The notes beneath the pieces were generated by a model, which was not told the origin of the DNA, did not search any database, and saw only the letters and a program-made list of their open reading frames with translations. Source: Deltaproteobacteria bacterium (GTDB taxonomy: Bacteria; Myxococcota_A; Polyangia; JAAYKL01). Taken from it: DNA of 64,000 nucleotides. Below are positions 57,116 to 64,000 of the stretch, piece after piece (the first letter of the stretch is position 1; every line of letters starts with the position of its first letter). The position numbers and the translations under genes were made by a program. Location of the stretch: assembly GCA_016936575.1 (NCBI GenBank), contig JAFGXQ010000045.1:70664-134663 (forward strand), written 5' to 3'.

Positions 57116-57706
57116 ATGAACGTGAAATCAGCAATGATAGTTGGATTGGCGGTGGCTGGACTCAGCGGATGTAACGCGAAAAAAAATGATATTGAAGACC
57201 TGGGGCGCGCCAACGCGCCGGCTCAGTCAACTCAGACCCCAGCGCCGACCGGCCAGATGCCTTCGGGAATGGTGGAGACCGCAAGCACAGGAAAAGTTCA
57301 TAGCGGCACCATTCTGGAAACCATTGACGTATCCAACTACACCTACATTCGATTCAAGGACAATCAGAATCTAGAACATTGGGCTGCAGTGCTGAAGGGC
57401 AAGTTCGAAAAAGGACAGCCGGTATCAATTGTGGAATCCATCGTGCAAAAGAACTTCAACAGCCCTTCACTGAATCGAACATTTGAAACCATTATTTTCG
57501 GAAACGTGAAAGGCGCCGGAGCACCTACCGCCGATATGGCGCCGCAGGGAGCGCTGCCCGCCGGGCATCCCCCCATCGATGGTTCGAAAGCCGCTCCCGA
57601 AGCCGCTCTGCCGGAAGGTCACCCCCCGGTGGAAGGCAATGCCCCCAAAACCTCTCTCCCCGAAGGCCACCCACCCATCAGCAACATCGCCGACACTGCC
57701 GAATAA
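57116..57706 (+). CDS. Lipoprotein with a C-terminal triple L-P-x-G-H-P-P repeat (putative metal-binding)
   Basis: Lipobox GLSGCN. N-terminal small beta-rich domain. C-terminus LPAGHPPIDG...LPEGHPPVEG...LPEGHPPIS. Confidence 0.45.
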   Translation: MNVKSAMIVGLAVAGLSGCNAKKNDIEDLGRANAPAQSTQTPAPTGQMPSGMVETASTGKVHSGTILETIDVSNYTYIRFKDNQNLEHWAAVLKGKFEKGQPVSIVESIVQKNFNSPSLNRTFETIIFGNVKGAGAPTADMAPQGALPAGHPPIDGSKAAPEAALPEGHPPVEGNAPKTSLPEGHPPISNIADTAE

Positions 57707-57795
57707 AGAAGCCGATCTCTTAGCGCAATCTATTTTCAAGCGAAACAGATAAAGATGAAGAACGTTTTCACATCTTTTAACAAGAGGAAACCTCA

Positions 57796-58146
57796 ATGAA
57801 CCCGGTAATCATCACTATTTGTATGCTGGTCTGCAGTAATATTTTCATGACATTCGCATGGTACGGCCATTTGAAAGAGCTAAACAACAAAACGTGGATC
57901 GTGGCTGCGTTAATCAGTTGGGGAATTGCGCTGTTTGAATATCTTCTGCAGGTACCTGCGAATCGAATTGGCTACAAGGTGCTGACAGTCGGTGAGCTGA
58001 AAATTATTCAGGAAGTAATTACACTGAGTATTTTCGTACCGTTCTCATATTTCTATTTAAAGGAACCCCTGAAAATCGATTATTTGTGGGCGGGTATCTG
58101 CCTGGTCGGCGCTGTATACTTCATGTTCAGAAGTCGGTTCGCATAA
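57796..58146 (+). CDS. Small DMT/EamA-like 4-TM membrane protein
   Basis: 116 aa, four hydrophobic helices, and an EamA-like half-transporter size. Confidence 0.35.
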   Translation: MNPVIITICMLVCSNIFMTFAWYGHLKELNNKTWIVAALISWGIALFEYLLQVPANRIGYKVLTVGELKIIQEVITLSIFVPFSYFYLKEPLKIDYLWAGICLVGAVYFMFRSRFA

Positions 58147-58195
58147 AATACACACCCACATCTTGCGCACCGCACGCATATAGCCTCTGAAACGG

Positions 58196-58945
58196 TCAGA
58201 TACCTGAACCGTCGGTGAAATTCATGCCGCAATAGGCAGGGCCGGTTCGTTCTCCCTCGCGTAGATGACGCCAACGCCCCGCGCGAGCATCTTCTCCGGG
58301 CAACACCGGGGTGGTGCAGCAGCCGCATCCGATACTCGGATACCCCAGCGCGTGCAGGGAATGTACAGGTACATGGTGTTTGAGCAGATAGGCATCGATG
58401 TCTTCCTGGCTCCAATCTACAAGAGGGTAAACCGAATACCCTGAAAAGCGCGGATCCTCAGCAACAACCTCGATGCTCCCCCTTGCCTGCCCTTCCGCCC
58501 TGCGAAGTCCCCCCACAACAGCCGTTTTCTTCTGTTGTTTCATGTATCGCAGAAACGGTTTGCCTTTGCGCAAATCGCAGCACACGGGCTGACCCTCACT
58601 GGTCTTGAATAATTTGCAGCGATACTGTTCTTCCTGCTGCTCCGGGGTAAGCGTCGGGTACAATGTGACAATCGGCAGCGCGTAACTTTCAATAAATTGA
58701 TCGCGCAGTAGCAGCGTTTCATGAAAATGATACCCTGTATCTACAAACAGAATTTTATTCTTCAACCCCAATGTATGAAACATATGCATTAAAACCGAAG
58801 CGGTTTTTTGCATACTGGAAAGGAGCACCAGCCCGTCACCGAACTGTTCCACCGCGAACGAAATCCGTCCCGCAGCATCTCGCTCTTCCATCGATGTATT
58901 CATTTGTTTCAGATTCAGCGTCATCTGCGTTGTCCAACCATCCAA
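58196..58945 (-). CDS. cysH: Phosphoadenylyl-sulfate/adenylyl-sulfate reductase (CysH family, Fe-S cluster type)
   Basis: PAPS-reductase fold (ILFVDTGYHFHETL), and the C-terminal GYPSIGCGCCTTPVLPGEDARAGRW block characteristic of bacterial APS-reductase-type CysH (CC...C-x-x-C). Confidence 0.7.
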   Translation of the reverse strand: MDGWTTQMTLNLKQMNTSMEERDAAGRISFAVEQFGDGLVLLSSMQKTASVLMHMFHTLGLKNKILFVDTGYHFHETLLLRDQFIESYALPIVTLYPTLTPEQQEEQYRCKLFKTSEGQPVCCDLRKGKPFLRYMKQQKKTAVVGGLRRAEGQARGSIEVVAEDPRFSGYSVYPLVDWSQEDIDAYLLKHHVPVHSLHALGYPSIGCGCCTTPVLPGEDARAGRWRHLREGERTGPAYCGMNFTDGSGI

Positions 58946-60724
58946 TTACGAATCGAGTTTCACACACCCGATTCGAGAAAGTCGCTTCATGGAAATCGCC
59001 TGTGTCGGGCACACACGGAGACATTTTCCACAGCGAATGCAATCCTGATTATCAATATATATAAAGGTGGTATCTTTTGACAGCTCCGCTTCAAACACTT
59101 TGGTGGGAAACCCGTCGTCATCGCAATAAATCTGTGCCGCCTTTTTGATACACTCCCTTGGCGCCGCCTGGATACACCAATCGCAATGGATACATAAATC
59201 CTGATCGATTTCAAACTTGTACTGACACAGATAACATCTGGTCGCGGCCACTTGCGCAATCTCAGGGGTAAACCCAGTCTCCACCTCTGCCTGGTTTTCA
59301 AATCGCCCCACTACATCAAGCATCGGCATCGGAAGCGCCCACTGGATGTCGTGGTCCCGAAATCGTCCGGTTTCTCCATCACAATCAGTGGTTTCCACCC
59401 GCACCCCCTCCACGTAGCGCGTTTGTCCCATCAGATGCGTGTCCACCACTTGCGCGGTCTTCTTCCCGGATGCCACCGCGGTAATCACGTCGGCACTGGT
59501 TCCCTCAAAATCTCCTGTGGCGAACAAATTCTCCTTCGAAGTACGAATTCCATCGAGTTCAATACCGTTTGGCAAAATGCGTGGATCGGACCGCTGCCCA
59601 ATAGCCAGAATCAACACGTCACAAGGAATCTCAACTTCGCTTTCATTCAGAGTTTCGATTGCCGGCTTGCGACGAGTATCGCCCGCCTTCACCACGTTGC
59701 GCTCACAAACGAGTATTCCTCGGGAACCGTCTGTTTTCCATCGTTTGGGAGACAGCAGCGTACGCACAGCCACGTCTTCTTCGCGCATGGCTTTGAATTC
59801 ATTTTTGTCAGCCGCCATGGAAGCTTCTGTCCGCCGATACACAATGGATACCGCGGAATCCGCAGAAACCAAACGCCGTGCGGCGCGGGCACAATCCACT
59901 GCAGTGAACCCGCCGCCGACAACTACCACATTGCCCGACAGCGCGGGCAGTTCCCCCCGATTGTAGCGTTTCATGAAGTCAAGACCGGTAAATCGTTGTG
60001 TCTCATCATCACCCACGCCGTCAATGGTTGTCTGATTACTTAGGGTTGTACCGGTGGCAACAATTACCGCATCGTTCTCTTCAATCAGGATGCTCATTTC
60101 AGACGCGCCGACCGCGCATCCGGTCTGAATGGTCACTCCTCCGTCCTGAATGAGCGCGATTTCCGCAGCTACAATGTCTCGGGGCAATCGAAACGCGGGA
60201 ATCCCGTCCACCAGCATACCCCCGGGAAGGGGTTCCTTCTCCAGTACGGTCACTTGATGTCCCAACCGATTCAACTCCCGCGCCGCAGTGAGTCCGGCGG
60301 GCCCAGCCCCCACGATGGTCACCTTCTTGCCGGAGGGTCCAAAATGGGGCGCCAACGGCGTCTGAGTGTTTGCGATGTGATCCGCCGCATACCGCTTGAG
60401 ATGACAAATCTGAACCGGTCCTTCCACATTCGTCCAATTGTGGCGACACTCGTCTTCACACACCCGTGTACAGATTCGTCCAAGAACACCGGGAAACACG
60501 TTGTCTTCCAGATTGATGCGATACGCCGCGTCATGTTCCCCTCTGGCAATGTGTTCAATGTACCCGGGCACATTGGTTTTGGCCGGGCACGCTTCCTGAC
60601 ACGGTATCGCTTTGCCAATCGTTTTCAAATCAAGCGGGGATGTCCCCACACCGGTCTGCACCGAATTCTCTTTGGGCTTTTGCGCTTTTTGATATTCAAA
60701 TCTCACCGTACACCGCCTTTTCAA
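58946..60724 (-). CDS. GltD-like FAD/NAD(P)H oxidoreductase with N-terminal Fe-S region and C-terminal 2x[4Fe-4S] ferredoxin domain (likely electron donor to sulfite reductase)
   Basis: N-terminal Cys clusters (AIPCQEACPAKTNVP...GRICTRVCEDEC). Two dinucleotide folds (VTIVGAGPAGLTAA; VVVVGGGFTAVDCA). C-terminal CIHCDWC...CIRCGKCLRVCP. Confidence 0.6.
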   Translation of the reverse strand: MKRRCTVRFEYQKAQKPKENSVQTGVGTSPLDLKTIGKAIPCQEACPAKTNVPGYIEHIARGEHDAAYRINLEDNVFPGVLGRICTRVCEDECRHNWTNVEGPVQICHLKRYAADHIANTQTPLAPHFGPSGKKVTIVGAGPAGLTAARELNRLGHQVTVLEKEPLPGGMLVDGIPAFRLPRDIVAAEIALIQDGGVTIQTGCAVGASEMSILIEENDAVIVATGTTLSNQTTIDGVGDDETQRFTGLDFMKRYNRGELPALSGNVVVVGGGFTAVDCARAARRLVSADSAVSIVYRRTEASMAADKNEFKAMREEDVAVRTLLSPKRWKTDGSRGILVCERNVVKAGDTRRKPAIETLNESEVEIPCDVLILAIGQRSDPRILPNGIELDGIRTSKENLFATGDFEGTSADVITAVASGKKTAQVVDTHLMGQTRYVEGVRVETTDCDGETGRFRDHDIQWALPMPMLDVVGRFENQAEVETGFTPEIAQVAATRCYLCQYKFEIDQDLCIHCDWCIQAAPRECIKKAAQIYCDDDGFPTKVFEAELSKDTTFIYIDNQDCIRCGKCLRVCPTQAISMKRLSRIGCVKLDS

Positions 60725-62276
60725 AATAACCGAGCCCCACCCGATTCACACAGTCGGTCAAAAATTCATCAGATATGCGTACCGCGACAAACGCATTCAG
60801 CACCAATCGCAGCATCTCCTCGCAATCACTCAATTTAAATTCTCCCAACTTCTGTCCAAAGGCAGTCTGCGAACCGCCGAGCAGAACTTCGTACCCTTCC
60901 ACAGAACCGGACTCTTCCCGAATGCGCATGCCCCGAAAGCCGATATCGGCAATACGGTAAGGTGAACACGAGTTGGGGCAACCGGTGATATTGATGACAC
61001 CGCTTTGCGCAATCGATTCATATCGAGGCTCTCCGACCACGCGCTGCACAATATCAAACAATGCCCGCGTCTGAGTGACCGCCTTGGGGCAATACGTGGT
61101 CCCCACACAACTGACAATATCACTGAGAGTGAAGCTGCCGGACGTTTGATACCCCAATGCACGGATTTCGCTCTCCAACGCTTTCACATCGCTCGGCGCA
61201 ACCCCCTGAAACTGCAGATTCTGCCGATTAGATGTGTATACCCGCTGATTGGCATATCGCTCCGACAACTCGGCCATCCGGTAAAATGTCGAAAAAGAAA
61301 GCTCCCCTTTGGGAACAATCACCCGCACCGTGTGCTGTCCATCTGTCCCTTGTGGGGAATCGTCGAGAAGCGGCCGCAGTGAGAACGGAACGCCTTCATC
61401 TGTGACTGGTTCAACGATGATATCATCCGAGGACACATTTTCTGTATGCAGATTACTTATTACTTCCGTTCGGCAGAAATCGATGCCCTTGCGATGCACC
61501 ACAAATTTCAGACGCGACTTGGCGCGATTGAACCGATCTCCATGCTCTCGAAACAGTATCGCCACCGCACGACACACCTGTTTTACTTTGTTGTGCGGCA
61601 CGAAACCGAACAGTGATTCGGCCACGAACGGCTTCCACCCCATACCGCCGCCGATAACCACCTTATACCCCGGAACACCGTTGTGAATGACACCGGAAAG
61701 CCCCACACAGTTGATATGGGGTTGGGCGCAATCGGCACCACACCCCGAAAAATTTATTTTAAACTTTCGAGGCAGATCATCCAGGTCGCGGCACATACCC
61801 AAAAACTCAGCCATCTCAACCGCCGCAGCGCGGGCATCCAATCGTCGGTACGCGCAAGTTTCCGCCAATGGGCACGCGGTCACGTTGCGAGTCACATCGC
61901 CGCAACCGTGTTTGGTCGAGTTCCCGTATTCACCCAGCTCCCGAAGCATGTCTGCCAGGTTTCCCACCTTCAGCCAATGAAACTGCAGCGCCTGCCGTGT
62001 GGTCACATTCACAATACCCTGCCCGTATTTCTCGGCAATTCCGGCGATATTCTTGGCCTGGGCACTGGTAATCACGCCTCCGGGAATCACAATTCGCGCC
62101 ATATGATTTCCCGGCTGTCTGCTTTTGTAAATACCGTACCACTTTGCAATACTGCTGTCGTCCGCCTGCATGGCCCCTTTTTTGGCCATCTCATCAAAAT
62201 CCAGGAAGAGGCCGGCGGCCTTGATATCTTCGTCTTCACTACGACGAGTGAACGTCAGTTTTTTAGGCATTGCCAC
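60696..62276 (-). CDS. Assimilatory sulfite/nitrite reductase haemoprotein (sirohaem-[4Fe-4S], CysI/Sir family)
   Basis: Two NIR_SIR ferredoxin-like halves, plus the sirohaem-cluster Cys motif TGCPNSCSP...C. Confidence 0.65.
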   Translation of the reverse strand: MAMPKKLTFTRRSEDEDIKAAGLFLDFDEMAKKGAMQADDSSIAKWYGIYKSRQPGNHMARIVIPGGVITSAQAKNIAGIAEKYGQGIVNVTTRQALQFHWLKVGNLADMLRELGEYGNSTKHGCGDVTRNVTACPLAETCAYRRLDARAAAVEMAEFLGMCRDLDDLPRKFKINFSGCGADCAQPHINCVGLSGVIHNGVPGYKVVIGGGMGWKPFVAESLFGFVPHNKVKQVCRAVAILFREHGDRFNRAKSRLKFVVHRKGIDFCRTEVISNLHTENVSSDDIIVEPVTDEGVPFSLRPLLDDSPQGTDGQHTVRVIVPKGELSFSTFYRMAELSERYANQRVYTSNRQNLQFQGVAPSDVKALESEIRALGYQTSGSFTLSDIVSCVGTTYCPKAVTQTRALFDIVQRVVGEPRYESIAQSGVINITGCPNSCSPYRIADIGFRGMRIREESGSVEGYEVLLGGSQTAFGQKLGEFKLSDCEEMLRLVLNAFVAVRISDEFLTDCVNRVGLGYFEKAVYGEI

Positions 62277-62282
62277 TCCTCT

Positions 62283-63203
62283 CTAATCCTCATAAAACAA
62301 CAACGTGGACGTATACCGTTCAGCGGTATCAGGAAGAACCACCGCAATTTGTCTGCCTCGGTTCTCCGGACGCGCGGCAATACGATACGCCGCCGCCATC
62401 GCCGCGCCGGAAGAGATGCCCACAAGCAGGCATTCATCGCGCGCCAGCTGCTTGGCGGTTTCTATCGCATCGGCACTGGAAACCGGAATCACTACATCAA
62501 TCACAGCGGTGTCCAACGTTTTGGGAATAAAGCCGGCGCCGATTCCCTGAATCATATGCGGGCCTGCGGGCTCTCCGGACAATACGGCAGATTCGGCGGG
62601 CTCAACCGCCACCACATGAACATCGGCGTTTTTTTCCTTCAGATACTTTCCCGCTCCTGATATGGTTCCACCGGTTCCCACGCCGGCGACAAAAATGTCC
62701 ACCTGACCGCTCAATGCGTCCCATATTTCGGGGCCGGTGTTCCGATAATGCACATCGGGATTGGCGGGGTTCTCGAACTGTCGCGGCATGAAAGCCCCCA
62801 GTTCGCTGCAAAGCGATTCCGCCTCTGAAATGGCTCCCCGCATTCCGTCCCGACCTTCGGTCAGCACCAATTTCGCTCCCAGTGCACGCAGCAGCTTTCT
62901 GCGCTCAATACTCATCGATTCAGGCATCACCAAAACCACCGGATATCCCCGTTGTCTTCCTACTACAGCCAATCCAATACCGGTATTTCCCGATGTGGGT
63001 TCCACAATCGTCATTCCGGCGGCCAATGATCCGTCCTGTTCGGCCGCATCAATCATCGACAGCGCAATACGATCTTTTACCGATGAGCCGGGATTGCTGC
63101 ATTCCAACTTTCCAAAAATCGCGCACGGTGACGCATTCCGGGAAATCGGTACCAGCGGTGTGTTTCCGATCAGAGATAATATCGGGCGAGGTGCGCGTTC
63201 CAT
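62283..63203 (-). CDS. cysK: Cysteine synthase (O-acetylserine sulfhydrylase), PLP-dependent
   Basis: IGNTPLVPI, PLP-Lys context SVKDRIALSMI, and the GNTGIGLA/GTGGT glycine-rich loops. Start placed at the internal MERAPRPIL. Confidence 0.75.
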   Translation of the reverse strand: MERAPRPILSLIGNTPLVPISRNASPCAIFGKLECSNPGSSVKDRIALSMIDAAEQDGSLAAGMTIVEPTSGNTGIGLAVVGRQRGYPVVLVMPESMSIERRKLLRALGAKLVLTEGRDGMRGAISEAESLCSELGAFMPRQFENPANPDVHYRNTGPEIWDALSGQVDIFVAGVGTGGTISGAGKYLKEKNADVHVVAVEPAESAVLSGEPAGPHMIQGIGAGFIPKTLDTAVIDVVIPVSSADAIETAKQLARDECLLVGISSGAAMAAAYRIAARPENRGRQIAVVLPDTAERYTSTLLFYED

Positions 63204-63327
63204 CTTTTCTCCTGTCTTTATATATACCGACAGCTGTGGAACTGACGGCATCGAACAGTGGAATACTGGTACTCATATACTTTAATAAAACAGAATGCAA
63301 TTGAATGTTTTTTTTTTCAGGGTCTGC

Positions 63328-64000
63328 CTAAAGACCGGGCGCTTCGGGAAACCACTGAAGCTCACGACGCAGAGAAACCACATCCCCGACCACGATGAGC
63401 ACCGGCCTCGGAAACTCGGAATATGCCGACGATTCGCAATTCGCTGCTTCCGCCACCGTCGTCTCGTACACGGTCTGCTCGGGAAGTGTGCCTCTTGATA
63501 TCAGCGCCACCGGGCAATGCCCTGGTTTGCCGTGCTGAATCAGCTTCTGTGCTATTTCAGACAGGCGATGCGCCCCCATCAGAAAAACCACCGTTCCAGC
63601 GCTGTCGGCAATCCCCGCCCAATTGATTCGGCTTTCGGTCTTGGACGGCGCTTCATGGCCGGTCACCACTTGAAAAAACGAAGCGCAATGTCTGTCTGTC
63701 ACCGGAATCCCGGCGTATGCCAACGCGGCGACCGCAGAAGTGACTCCAGAGATTATTTCATACGGAACCTGCGCCTCCCGCAGGGCGCGCATTTCCTCTG
63801 TTACCCGACCGAACACACATGGGTCGCCCCCTTTCAGCCGGCACACTATCTTTCCCTCCAGTGCCAACTGAACCATCAGCGCGTTAATATCTTCCTGGCG
63901 ATGCAGCCGGCAGCCCGCGCGCTTCGAGGTATCGAACAGCTCTTTTTCCCGAGCATCGACATTTGACAGCATCGCAGGATTCACCAACCCGTCGTGCAGA
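63328..64000 (-). CDS. cobA: Uroporphyrinogen-III C-methyltransferase (SUMT; CobA/CysG C-domain); N-terminus lies beyond the window end
   Basis: VCRLKGGDPCVFGRVTEE, VPYEIISGVTSAVAALAYAGIPVTDR and KRAG... blocks. The reading frame stays open to position 64000. Confidence 0.7.
   Translation of the reverse strand, partial: LHDGLVNPAMLSNVDAREKELFDTSKRAGCRLHRQEDINALMVQLALEGKIVCRLKGGDPCVFGRVTEEMRALREAQVPYEIISGVTSAVAALAYAGIPVTDRHCASFFQVVTGHEAPSKTESRINWAGIADSAGTVVFLMGAHRLSEIAQKLIQHGKPGHCPVALISRGTLPEQTVYETTVAEAANCESSAYSEFPRPVLIVVGDVVSLRRELQWFPEAPGL

Overview
The window is a densely coded stretch of a Gram-negative chromosome of moderate GC, with about 50 protein genes and no rRNA, tRNA or CRISPR visible. 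Domain content (PEGA, eukaryotic-type Ser/Thr kinase, FapA/DUF342, RCC1 and Kelch repeats, CbcL-like cytochrome) is typical of delta-proteobacteria-like lineages, but taxonomy cannot be fixed from sequence alone. Three things stand out. (1) The left edge carries a truncated gene for an 11-haem c-type cytochrome fused to a HydC/FdnI-type cytochrome b membrane domain (CbcL-like architecture). The supplied ORF track missed it because it runs off the window. (2) At least ten secreted lipoproteins carry, directly after the lipobox Cys, an acidic poly(Asp-Ser/Thr/Gly) linker. These linkers are encoded by 6/18-nt tandem DNA repeats, some of them perfect. (3) A co-directional minus-strand array of about 17.6 kb (15512..33183) links the following: a FabH-like KAS III; a PAPS-type sulfotransferase; a CE4 polysaccharide deacetylase; two tandem ASST-like beta-propeller lipoproteins; a chalcone-isomerase-like protein; and an envelope export module (FadL-like, DUF1302-like barrel, MMPL/RND exporter, DUF1329/LolA-like). 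I read this as a candidate system that makes and exports a sulfated lipid or metabolite. An assimilatory sulfate-reduction cluster (cysH, GltD-like reductase, CysI-like, cysK, cobA) sits at the right edge. Housekeeping content includes a mutA-mutB-meaB methylmalonyl-CoA mutase operon, Nif3, SlyD and a WYL-domain regulator. There is also a small signalling island (Ser/Thr kinase, receiver, Hpt) next to an 821-aa protein with a roughly 470-residue E/K/R-rich single-alpha-helix-like segment. All calls rest on motif recognition by eye. No database search was run.
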